Source of the DNA: Elusimicrobiota bacterium
GTDB taxonomy: Bacteria; Elusimicrobiota; Elusimicrobia; Elusimicrobiales; UBA9959
Assembly: GCA_036574205.1 (NCBI GenBank)
Contig: JAINCQ010000003.1
Coordinates: forward strand, 1 to 53,190
Reading direction: 5' to 3'
Length of the DNA: 53,190 bases
The first letter of the stretch is position 1, and each line of letters starts with the position of its first letter. This document shows positions 9,101-16,576 of this stretch, in pieces. Position numbers and translations under genes: made by a program. Under the pieces are notes generated by a model. The model made no database searches and was not told the origin of the DNA. It worked only from the letters and a program-made list of their open reading frames with translations.

Positions 9101-11449
9101 GCGCTTTTAATAAATTATACAAGTGTTTCATTAAACTCTCAAAGCTACGTATATAGAAAATTTCCTTCACCCATAGATATATCCCAACATAAAAAGTTCA
9201 GATTTATGCTCTATAATAAACAGGCGGAAAGCGGGGTGAACTTTTATATTAAAGTCGGAGATACTGGGAATTATTATAAAGCTTCAGTTCCACTTAATTT
9301 CGTTGGCTGGCGGGCTTATGAGATTTCTCAAAATGATTTAAATGATGATGGAATAGCTGATATGTGGGAAAATTCTGGAAGGTATCAGGTAGATATAAGC
9401 AGTTTTGGAATAGTATCTTTTGAACAGATACCAAAGATTATAGCAGGGGTTGAGGTCCTTGATGCCTCCACTCATTCTTTAACAGTATATCTTAATGAAA
9501 TACATTTAGCTCAATCCGCTATAAGAGTTGGAAATGCAAGAAAAGTTTCTGGAGATTTTGAAATCTCTAATTTTGCAAGTTTTGGCGCGAAACACAGATT
9601 TATTGATAGAGGATTTCAAACCCCTGTAAGCGCTATAACAAATCAAGACAATGAACAGAATACTGCATATCTTAATCTTTTAAAACCATCATTTTTCCCA
9701 ACAAGTTATACATATTCAAAGCAAAATACCAATACTCCGAATATTTATAACACAGGTGCAAATAATCTTGTAAATGCTTTACAACAGGGTAAGGTTCAAA
9801 GGGAGGATATAACTGCTCAAGGGTTATTGAATCTTCCAATAATCCCAAAGACAAATCTTAGTTATTTTAGAAACAATGTAAAATACGATCTTTTAAAACG
9901 CGAGGATGATAAAAATACTTATTCAGCGTCTACAAACTATCAACCTCCATTTGATTTCTTTATAATTCCTAAAAATATTTCTGGTTCTTATACATATATT
10001 TCCAATAAAATAACATATTCACCGCCTTATATATCAACATCTGATTATTATAATACCGATGAGAGGACAAATAGTTATTCTATTAAGTTAAATTTTCTTC
10101 CTATTAAAAATTTTACTTTTAATCCTTCTTATTCTCTATCAACTGTTAAAGAAAAAAGGATTAACTTATACAATCTTTCCACATCTTTTGAATATCCAAA
10201 ATCATTACAGCAGAATGTTGAATTTAATTCAAGCATTAAATTATTGAAATGGTTTGCTCCATATTTTAGTTATTCAGTTTCGACTCTTGAAAATAACAAT
10301 ATAAGCATTACAACGGTAACTCTCGCGCAGGAAACCACGGTATATAATATAGGGGAGATAAAATCTGTAAACAGAAACGCGCAGGGAGCTATAAATCTTT
10401 CAATAAATGTTAATGATCTTGCACCAAATTTAAAATCTTTAAGGTCAATGGTTATAACTGCTAATTATCAACTTCAAGATGGAGACGTTTGGCAGAATGT
10501 GGAAAAAGATTATGATACAAAAACCAGACTGTGGATAAGGAGCGAAATTAGACCTAAAAATCCTTTTGCATATAGAACAAGCGCTACATTAAGGGATAGT
10601 TATAGCTCCACTTTAAGATGGCAGCCTTTTGAAGCTTTTATATTTTCAAACAGTCGACTTAAACCACTTTCAACTCTTTCAATCACAAATAATTACAACT
10701 ACTCCGAGCAAAAAAGCTATAATAATCAGATTTATACAAAAAGTGTGAACAAAACTTTACCGGACCTGATAATTTCTATTTCCCAGCTTGAGAATATGTT
10801 TAAAGTGAATAAATGGGCGACTGCAGCATCTATGAATATAAGATATTCTTATAATACAAATACCATTGTGGAAACTTCTATGGATAAAACAAATTCTTTT
10901 GGCATTGATTTGAGATTTAACTTTTTGAGATTTATGAATACTTCTATAGTATTTAATTATAAAGCTACGGAAAAAAAGGATTTAAAGTTGGATCAGATAA
11001 CTGGATATAATCAAAGAAAGGATTTTTCAATTCAAGGGACATTTGATATCAAAAATTACAGATTTACTCCAAAACTTGATTATTCTAATGATTACGCTGA
11101 AACAACCTTAAAAACTGTAGTAACAAATACCACATTGATAACTCCAGCGGTTATGATAAAAACAGATGTTAAAATTCCCAAAACTGTAAAACTTCCATTT
11201 TTAAGTCAGACAACCTTTGATAACAGAATAATATGGACAACAAATATAAGTTATTCAATAAAAAAGTCTCCAATATCAATCAATGATAATAATAAACTTT
11301 TTTCTCTGACCTCTACTGCTGATATAGAGGCTACAAAAAATCTAAGAATAAGTTTTAATGCTTCCTTGCAAAGATACTGGCATAAATATCTCCCCCAGGA
11401 GGATTATTTTGCTTATCAGTTTGGCAGTAATGTAATACTACAATTTTAA
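6167..11449 (+). CDS. SprA/Sov-like giant outer-membrane beta-barrel protein
   Basis: QQLQIRMQGKVGEKISVNVDYDD...YQGDPQEVVQNISFGDIDLSLPSTEFVSYNKQLFG resembles the SprA N-terminal conserved block. It also has DxxDxDGNG Ca-binding-like loops, a long amphipathic beta-strand C-terminal half, a terminal Phe and an N-terminal signal peptide. Confidence 0.7.
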   Translation: MSFFYFLIFFLINNQIFAFEFSDFIDNLSDYNELTIGSTQYIQIKDKDLPESKSGFKSQPERYNYDDWDYNSRKWNKFIDKLGSLEIEEEINVVERSSITVSTIPVSPGPQVEFLDSGTSLNVTGRKVISFNYSGKKYIKEQTNFTRDRSTSLFDITQQLQIRMQGKVGEKISVNVDYDDTKEDKEDISVTYQGDPQEVVQNISFGDIDLSLPSTEFVSYNKQLFGLRADLKSNRFRATLIGSRTKGQTKTRQFKGNTQFQTSDILDTSYIRRKYYDLTFGDKTRLPIKPGSEKIYIDQQTNEVVDGVIISSITADDLSIIGSTYTGRFKLMTRGVDYTVDYNKGIVIFARSLNSVDVLIVDYQDKNGNWLRDENLTGRYKILKSKDDVYMSNPSEKGWRNEIKTYYYLGQINIMRDDGHGNFILNVQNLNRQEIGSTLNPPQKYPDTIEVDFEQGIIHLSTPFASETGEMPDPLTYSQSPVAKRIIHVEYYYRLKTFYLEPNIVLNSEIITIDGVKLSKNQDYYIDYDAGFLTFYNPERITQNSIIDISYEVSPFGSSNQTLAGGRVSYDIFNNATIGATALYQGSTKVSKAPHITDIPSRLFVYDSDLQIKNLNIFGMKTSLSGEIAQSRLNPNINDYAIVDNMEGVKQEDSASMDKNYWYIASNPSLGPSHPDSLSWNTEEIDSKDINPNSPGDSKQQVLVIDYDFSISTEVSLVYVFSKTGLDFSQKNSFELTISGDNNSSGPLINLHFGEINEDSDNSGGMTLLCSNARVIYNAPKTEDTNCDGILSPSEDIGWLYSPQGYSSKRFGNSNGRIDTQDLDGNGRLDSGNPSVGGSFGYISNSYFIDITNNNTPTNIINFSNWHNLVYPIVIASSESYKWSSIKEVRISLKKTEGSPVRGRIKIARISAVGNTWNVSLSTSSSENLKILAVNNIDNTDYTPIYNAGGDVSSIYNDLYGSVSDQKSESGSSTISEQALLINYTSVSLNSQSYVYRKFPSPIDISQHKKFRFMLYNKQAESGVNFYIKVGDTGNYYKASVPLNFVGWRAYEISQNDLNDDGIADMWENSGRYQVDISSFGIVSFEQIPKIIAGVEVLDASTHSLTVYLNEIHLAQSAIRVGNARKVSGDFEISNFASFGAKHRFIDRGFQTPVSAITNQDNEQNTAYLNLLKPSFFPTSYTYSKQNTNTPNIYNTGANNLVNALQQGKVQREDITAQGLLNLPIIPKTNLSYFRNNVKYDLLKREDDKNTYSASTNYQPPFDFFIIPKNISGSYTYISNKITYSPPYISTSDYYNTDERTNSYSIKLNFLPIKNFTFNPSYSLSTVKEKRINLYNLSTSFEYPKSLQQNVEFNSSIKLLKWFAPYFSYSVSTLENNNISITTVTLAQETTVYNIGEIKSVNRNAQGAINLSINVNDLAPNLKSLRSMVITANYQLQDGDVWQNVEKDYDTKTRLWIRSEIRPKNPFAYRTSATLRDSYSSTLRWQPFEAFIFSNSRLKPLSTLSITNNYNYSEQKSYNNQIYTKSVNKTLPDLIISISQLENMFKVNKWATAASMNIRYSYNTNTIVETSMDKTNSFGIDLRFNFLRFMNTSIVFNYKATEKKDLKLDQITGYNQRKDFSIQGTFDIKNYRFTPKLDYSNDYAETTLKTVVTNTTLITPAVMIKTDVKIPKTVKLPFLSQTTFDNRIIWTTNISYSIKKSPISINDNNKLFSLTSTADIEATKNLRISFNASLQRYWHKYLPQEDYFAYQFGSNVILQF

Positions 11450-11463
11450 TGATAAAATATTTT
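11441..11463 (+). repeat. 23-bp direct repeat, left copy (CAATTTTAATGATAAAATATTTT)
   Basis: Identical to 12459-12481. It includes the last two codons and stop of the sprA-like gene and an extended -10 (TGATAAAAT). Confidence 0.9.
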
Positions 11464-11465
11464 CA

Positions 11466-11822
11466 ATGAATATTAGTAAAAATTTTGAGGAGACGAGAAT
11501 AATTCTAAATAATTTTTATGACGGTTCAAATAGACATCAGCATACTACAGCTATACCTATCTCTATTTTTTTCCCTGTTCCTTATCCTCCTTCTCCCATT
11601 CCTTCCCCTATTCCTCATCCTCCTTCCCCAATTCCTATTCCAATTCCAGCACCATCTCCTGATGATGTGGAAAAGTGTAAGGAGGAATGCGATGATGCAT
11701 ATAACTACTATATTGAAAATTGTAACTCTCATTTTCCTGATGATCCTGTTAAAAGGAAGTTGTGTTATGAGGCTGCTATGAGAAAATATTCAAGATGTTT
11801 AAGAAATTGTGAAAAGAATTAA
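11466..11822 (+). CDS. Small Pro-rich / Cys-rich protein (CX3C-X10-C-X13-C-X10-CX3C), possible toxin C-terminal module
   Basis: A PSPIP low-complexity linker is followed by a symmetric six-Cys helical domain. The ATG lies 7 nt after the -10 hexamer in the direct repeat. Confidence 0.6.
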   Translation: MNISKNFEETRIILNNFYDGSNRHQHTTAIPISIFFPVPYPPSPIPSPIPHPPSPIPIPIPAPSPDDVEKCKEECDDAYNYYIENCNSHFPDDPVKRKLCYEAAMRKYSRCLRNCEKN

Positions 11823-11835
11823 GGAGGTGATTTAA

Positions 11836-12072
11836 ATGAAAAAGTATTATTTTTTATATATAGACCGTGATAATATTGAAAAAAAAGGATATGCGACTTT
11901 ATCTACACCGATTTATAATGAAAATAGACAAGACTGGTATGTAGAAGTATTTTCATCTATAGATAACCGTTCGTATAAAATATATGGAGTTGACGGAGAA
12001 CATGCTTTGCTTATGGCAGAAAATTTTTTAAAAGACAGATATTCTGATTACAAAATTAAGTTCAAAAAATGA
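11836..12072 (+). CDS. Small protein, DUF6968-like (candidate immunity protein)
   Basis: Strong SD AAGGAGGTGA. The P...DWYV....IYGVDGEHALLMA pattern resembles the DUF6968 GxDxxxAL motif (from recall). Confidence 0.65.
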   Translation: MKKYYFLYIDRDNIEKKGYATLSTPIYNENRQDWYVEVFSSIDNRSYKIYGVDGEHALLMAENFLKDRYSDYKIKFKK

Positions 12073-12100
12073 TAATGATTTTTTATACCTCCTCTTTTAT

Positions 12101-12405
12101 TAGATTGCCATAATTGTCAGACAGCTTTTCCAGGTAATTTTCGAAAACAAACCCTACGTTATAGATCATCTGCAATTGAACCTGAAAGATGCAACAGAAG
12201 ATGTGAAGGCAAAGAATTTAAATTTTTTCACGCTTTAAAAGACAGAACTTTTTAAAGAGGTAGATTCCTGATTTAAAAATATAACTTTTACCACATAAAA
12301 AATAGTAAAAAATAAAAGCCTCTCGGCTTTGACAGTTGATTTTACCCCCCTTTGTTTATAAGGGTTTCCAGAAATTATACAAAAATCGTTTTCACTACGC
12401 CCTAG
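12101..12405 (+). mobile_element. Degraded IS/transposase 3' remnant with possible right end
   Basis: The start-less frame IAIIVRQLFQVIF...FLKR* resembles the QIAHxxxQLF C-terminal helix of DDE transposases. It is followed by non-coding DNA ending ...CACTACGCCCTAG. Confidence 0.35.
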
Positions 12406-12458
12406 CCTTCAAACTGCAAGAAAACAGCTAAAAAAAACTCTAAAATCCTGCAATTTTT

Positions 12459-12481
12459 CAATTTTAATGATAAAATATTTT
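12459..12481 (+). repeat. 23-bp direct repeat, right copy; contains the dedA extended -10 promoter
   Basis: Identical to 11441-11463; the dedA ATG is 6 nt after TAAAAT. Confidence 0.9.
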
Positions 12482-12482
12482 T

Positions 12483-13112
12483 ATGGAATTTATTTTAAAA
12501 ATTTTTGAGATAATTCTTCATATAGATGTTTATTTAGATGTCATAATAAAATCATTTGGGGAATGGATTTATTTGATTCTTTTTATTATTATATTTATGG
12601 AAACTGGATTTGTTATAACACCTTTTTTACCGGGGGATTCACTTTTATTTGCTTGTGGAACTTTTGCCGCTGTTGGTATACTTTCGCCAGTTAAAACTTT
12701 TGTTGTAATAGTTGTTGCTGCTATAATTGGGGATGGGGTAAACTATCATATAGGGAAATTTGTTGGTAAAAGTTTTTTTGAAAGATATCCAAAGATATTC
12801 AGGAAAGAGTATATAGAAAAAACCCATAAATTTTATGAAAGATATGGCTCAAAAACTATAGTTCTGGCAAGGTTTGTTCCGATAGTAAGGACATTTGCTC
12901 CTTTTATGGCTGGTTTAGGATATATGACTTATAGCGTATTTATAATATATAATATTGCTGGCTCATTTTTATGGGCATTTATAGTATATCTTGGTGGGTA
13001 TTTCTTTGGTAATATACCTGTTGTAAAAGATAATTTTTCTCTGGTGATAATATCTATAATAATTGTTTCTATAATTCCGATAATAACAGAATTAATAAAG
13101 GGGAAAAAGTAA
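12483..13112 (+). CDS. dedA: DedA family membrane protein
   Basis: FMETGFVITPFLPGDSLLF, GDGVNYHIG and ARFVPIVRTFAPF motifs. Confidence 0.95.
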   Translation: MEFILKIFEIILHIDVYLDVIIKSFGEWIYLILFIIIFMETGFVITPFLPGDSLLFACGTFAAVGILSPVKTFVVIVVAAIIGDGVNYHIGKFVGKSFFERYPKIFRKEYIEKTHKFYERYGSKTIVLARFVPIVRTFAPFMAGLGYMTYSVFIIYNIAGSFLWAFIVYLGGYFFGNIPVVKDNFSLVIISIIIVSIIPIITELIKGKK

Positions 13113-13138
13113 TAATATTTAACATTGTATTTTCGTTA

Positions 13139-13206
13139 TAGGACTAAAGACCTATTTTAAAAATAGGCTATATGCCTTGACAAAATTTGATTGAGTCTGT
13201 TAAAAC
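13139..13206 (+). promoter_or_regulatory. sigma70 promoter with upstream palindromic operator-like motif
   Basis: TAGGACTAAAGACCTA (TAGG-N8-CCTA) overlaps CCTATTTTAAAAATAGG. TTGACA is at 13177-13182 and TGT-TAAAAC at 13198-13206. Confidence 0.55.
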
Positions 13207-13221
13207 GTAATTGGAGGAGAT

Positions 13222-14034
13222 ATGAAAACTCTTTTTCTGATGGCGATAATGCAAACAGCAAGCTGGCTTTACTGCCAGAGTCCAAAAGAGATAGTTGATG
13301 AAACCATAAAAAATTTAAATTATACAAAAGCTAATAAAGATATTATATCCGCAGCCGAAAAAGATCCTGAGTTTTATACTTTAAAGGATACTGTTAAAAT
13401 TAAAATTGATGAGATAGAAACAACCAGTAAGGATTATTCGTTTATTACCTCTAAAGCGTCAGAAGGGCTTGCTGACACTATTGTATCAATTGAAAAAATA
13501 GTGAATATTGCTGAGAAGATGTGGAACATGGTTGTCTCAAATAAGCCTGCTGTAAATGTTGAGTCTAAATATGCGGTAGCACTTCCCAAAGGGGTTTCTG
13601 ACGCAGTTGAGTTAAGTGGTTGGTCAAAGCCAAAGACATATCTTATTTCTTTTTATTTTGAAAATCTTTATGGAGTAGATGTTATAAATGTTTCATATAA
13701 AGTGACATATGTTTATGGCGGAAATTACAATGGAAAGGGGAAGTATCTTGCGGCTGTGTGGGCTATACCTGTGAGTATTGATGCGATGTGGGGTTTTAGT
13801 TTTAATATGTCAGCAAGTGTTCCAGATTCAACTGTGGTTAATGTTGGTAGTTCTGCCAATCCTATTGCAGCATTACAGTTAAAAGTTTCATGGTCGGCTA
13901 AAAGTGTTTTAAAAGAAGTAGACGGAACTGCTGTTTATTATATACAGGGTGATGGGTATTTTGAGGAGATTGCAAGCCCTTTTAAATTACAAAAAACAAA
14001 TCTTGAAAATTTGAAGAATATTAATTTAAATTAA
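13222..14034 (+). CDS. Secreted hypothetical protein, paralog A
   Basis: SD GGAGG and signal peptide. It shares IxKIxNIAxKxW...N.PxVNV...AxAxP.G...L.GWSKP...NLYGV.V...Y.V.Y.YGGN..GKGK.L...WG...VPDST..NVG...PIA..Q...W...YYIQGDG...EI.SPFK with 14045. Confidence 0.85.
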   Translation: MKTLFLMAIMQTASWLYCQSPKEIVDETIKNLNYTKANKDIISAAEKDPEFYTLKDTVKIKIDEIETTSKDYSFITSKASEGLADTIVSIEKIVNIAEKMWNMVVSNKPAVNVESKYAVALPKGVSDAVELSGWSKPKTYLISFYFENLYGVDVINVSYKVTYVYGGNYNGKGKYLAAVWAIPVSIDAMWGFSFNMSASVPDSTVVNVGSSANPIAALQLKVSWSAKSVLKEVDGTAVYYIQGDGYFEEIASPFKLQKTNLENLKNINLN

Positions 14035-14044
14035 GGAGGAAAAA

Positions 14045-14899
14045 ATGAAAAAAACGCTAACATTAATGGGAATTATAGCGCTATTTGCGGCTATGTTAAG
14101 CGCTATGGATAAAAATGATGAAAGGTACTTCACGATAGACGAGTCTAGTATAAAAATAGAAGTTGTTAAGGATAAGGTTATAACAAAAGGTGGTGGTATC
14201 CCATTGAATCCTGTACCAGCCCCAGATGATCTTCCAAAACCGCCTGAGGTAAAACCCTCAACCGAGCCTCAAATAAACCCACCCATAAATCCTGGTTCAA
14301 ATGACTTTCAAAATCAGCTAAGCAATATTAATAGCACTCTTGACGCAATAGACAAAATAATAAACATAGCTCAAAAAATATGGGAAATAATAGAGAAAAA
14401 CCAACCTGTTGTAAATATAAATGTAAATTACGCAAATGCTATTCCATATGGGGTTCAACACTGGACGCAGCTTCAGGGATGGTCAAAACCAGCCACAAAA
14501 AAATATTCTTTTTCTGCTAAAAATCTCTATGGCGTGGAAGTGGTTAAAGTAACTTATCAAGTTCATTATACCTATGGAGGAAATCTTCAAGGGAAGGGGA
14601 AATTTTTAACAGGTGTTACTGTTGAGCCAATAAGTGTTGAAACTGCATGGGGATATAAAGTTAGCTTAACGGCAGAAGTGCCTGACTCAACAATAGCTAA
14701 TGTTGGAACACATGAAGATCCGATAGCTTCAATGCAGGTTCAACTTAAATGGACCATACATACAGCTCTTAAAGATGCACAACAAAAAGCGGTGTATTAT
14801 ATTCAGGGAGATGGTTTGATACAGGAAATAGGAAGTCCATTTAAGTCATCAGATAATGGTGTTAAAGCAGCAGAGCAGATTAAATCAGCAAAGTTTTAA
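14045..14899 (+). CDS. Secreted hypothetical protein, paralog B (Pro-rich linker)
   Basis: SD AAGGAGG, signal peptide MKKTLTLMGIIALFAAMLSA, and clear paralogy to 13222..14034. Confidence 0.85.
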   Translation: MKKTLTLMGIIALFAAMLSAMDKNDERYFTIDESSIKIEVVKDKVITKGGGIPLNPVPAPDDLPKPPEVKPSTEPQINPPINPGSNDFQNQLSNINSTLDAIDKIINIAQKIWEIIEKNQPVVNINVNYANAIPYGVQHWTQLQGWSKPATKKYSFSAKNLYGVEVVKVTYQVHYTYGGNLQGKGKFLTGVTVEPISVETAWGYKVSLTAEVPDSTIANVGTHEDPIASMQVQLKWTIHTALKDAQQKAVYYIQGDGLIQEIGSPFKSSDNGVKAAEQIKSAKF

Positions 14900-14903
14900 C
14901 CCC

Positions 14904-14931
14904 TTGACAAACTGAAATTATCTGCTATAAA
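14904..14931 (+). promoter_or_regulatory. sigma70 promoter
   Basis: TTGACA-N16-TATAAA with a TG extension (TGCTATAAAT). Confidence 0.65.
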
Positions 14932-14934
14932 TAT

Positions 14935-14988
14935 ATTAAGGGCTGTCACCCTGATAGAACGGGTTAGAGACAGCCCTTAATTATTTTT
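14935..14988 (+). ncRNA. Candidate small hairpin RNA (or terminator of the 13222-14899 operon)
   Basis: Perfect 13-bp inverted repeat ATTAAGGGCTGTC/GACAGCCCTTAAT with an inner ACCC/GGGT stem, a 4-nt bulge and a T-rich tail. It starts immediately after the promoter. Confidence 0.4.
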
Positions 14989-15151
14989 AAGAAATTCAGT
15001 ATAAATCTAAAATCCTAACACTGTAATTAAAAAATCTAGAATCTGCAATTTTTTAGTTTAGAATAATCTATAAATCCGAAATTATAAAATACTGCTTATT
15101 AAATTTTTGTTTATGTTTTTTCCAATTTCATTGTTATATTGTATAATTATA

Positions 15152-15242
15152 TCTTAAGGGGTGCTGGCTTATAGTCGGCTGAGATAAGGCGTTGCCTTAA
15201 ACCCTTTGAACCTGAACCGGATAATACCGGCGGAGGAAAAAT
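15152..15242 (+). promoter_or_regulatory. TPP (THI-box) riboswitch
   Basis: GGGGTGC...GCTGAGA...ACCCTTTGAACCTGAACCGGATAATACCGGCGGAGGAA matches the TPP aptamer consensus and lies upstream of thiC. Confidence 0.95.
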
Positions 15243-15325
15243 GAACCTTAAAAAAAGTGTTTATACTCTCAAATTAAAAAAAATAAAATCTAATTTAGGT
15301 TTCCTCCGTAAATCTGGAGGAAGAT

Positions 15326-16576
15326 ATGTCCTACCTATCAAATCATCAATTAAAACAAATATCTTTAATTGAAGAAAGAAGTGTTGATTTTATATTAAAA
15401 GAGTTAAAACAAGGAAGAGCAACTATATTAAAAAATAAAAACAGAAAAATAAAACCGGTTATAGTTGGCAGAAACTTTAAGTGCAAATATAATCTTAACC
15501 TTGGTTTGAGCCCCCAAAAATCAAGCGTTAAAGAAGAACTGAAAAAACTTGATATTGCTTTAAGGCATGGGGCGGATACTGTTATGGATCTTTCTGTCGG
15601 TAAAAAATGTGATAAAACAAGAATTGAGCTTTTGAAATATTCTCCTGTTCCATTTGGAACGGTTCCAATATACACAATGATAGAGCATGAAACTGATATA
15701 AAAAGACTTAATAGAAATGAAATACTTGAATCAATTCAAAAGCAATGCGAGGAAGGCGTTGATTTTATGACGATTCACGCCGGGCTTTTAAAAAAGTCAA
15801 TACCATATATCAAGAAAAGACTTAGTTCGGTAGTTTCAAGAGGAGGATCGCTTGTTTTAAGATATATATCTGAAACCGGCAGGGAAAATCCGTTTTATGA
15901 ATATTTTGATGATATAATTAATATATTAAAGAAATACGATGTTGTCATAAGTATAGGAGATGGACTTAGGCCAGGTTCTATTTATGATGCTACTGACAAA
16001 GCTCAAATTTCAGAACTTAAGGTTATCGGGGAATTGAATAGGTATTCAAGAGAAAGAGGTGTTATGACGATGATAGAAGGACCTGGACATCTACCTATAA
16101 ATGAGATTAAGAAAAATGTTGATATTGCCATAAAGTACACTAATGATGCTCCACTTTATTTTCTTGGACCACTTGTAAGCGATATAGCTTTAGGGTATGA
16201 TCATATTAATGGAGCAATAGGTGGCGCGATAGCTGGTTATCTTGGGGTTTCTTTGATTTGCGCTGTTGGACCGAGCGAGCATCTTGGGCTTCCAACAATG
16301 GATGACATAAAAGAAGAATGTGTTGTTTTTAACCTTGTCAAACACGCTGTCAATTTAGCCAGAGGTTTTGAGAATGAATTTGAGAGAAACAAAAAAATGT
16401 CAGAGGCAAGAGCTAAGTTTGATTGGGAAAGACAATTTAATCTTTCACTATTTCCAGAATATGCCAGAAAAAAATTTTGTCAGTTAAATAAGGATAAAGG
16501 CGAATACTGCTCTATGTGTGGAAGTTCTTTTTGCGCAATGAAAAATTCTAAGAAGGCTCAAGAGGCTATGAAATGA
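15326..16576 (+). CDS. thiC: Phosphomethylpyrimidine synthase ThiC
   Basis: GADTVMDLS, GTVPIY, GVDFMTIHAG, VSRGGS, GDGLRPG, EGPGH and CSMCGSSFC motifs. Confidence 0.97.
   Translation: MSYLSNHQLKQISLIEERSVDFILKELKQGRATILKNKNRKIKPVIVGRNFKCKYNLNLGLSPQKSSVKEELKKLDIALRHGADTVMDLSVGKKCDKTRIELLKYSPVPFGTVPIYTMIEHETDIKRLNRNEILESIQKQCEEGVDFMTIHAGLLKKSIPYIKKRLSSVVSRGGSLVLRYISETGRENPFYEYFDDIINILKKYDVVISIGDGLRPGSIYDATDKAQISELKVIGELNRYSRERGVMTMIEGPGHLPINEIKKNVDIAIKYTNDAPLYFLGPLVSDIALGYDHINGAIGGAIAGYLGVSLICAVGPSEHLGLPTMDDIKEECVVFNLVKHAVNLARGFENEFERNKKMSEARAKFDWERQFNLSLFPEYARKKFCQLNKDKGEYCSMCGSSFCAMKNSKKAQEAMK

Noticed and set aside
11518..11781. Alternative-frame ORFs over the Pro-rich repeat (Leu-rich plus strand; Arg/Asn-rich minus strand)
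   Set aside because: These are shadows of the CCT/ATT low-complexity repeat; the frame with the symmetric Cys pattern is more plausible.
12431..15060. Similar AT-rich strings TCTAAAATCCTGCAATTTTT (12439) and TCTAGAATCTGCAATTTTT (near 15035)
   Set aside because: Short, low-complexity and gapped; plausible by chance.
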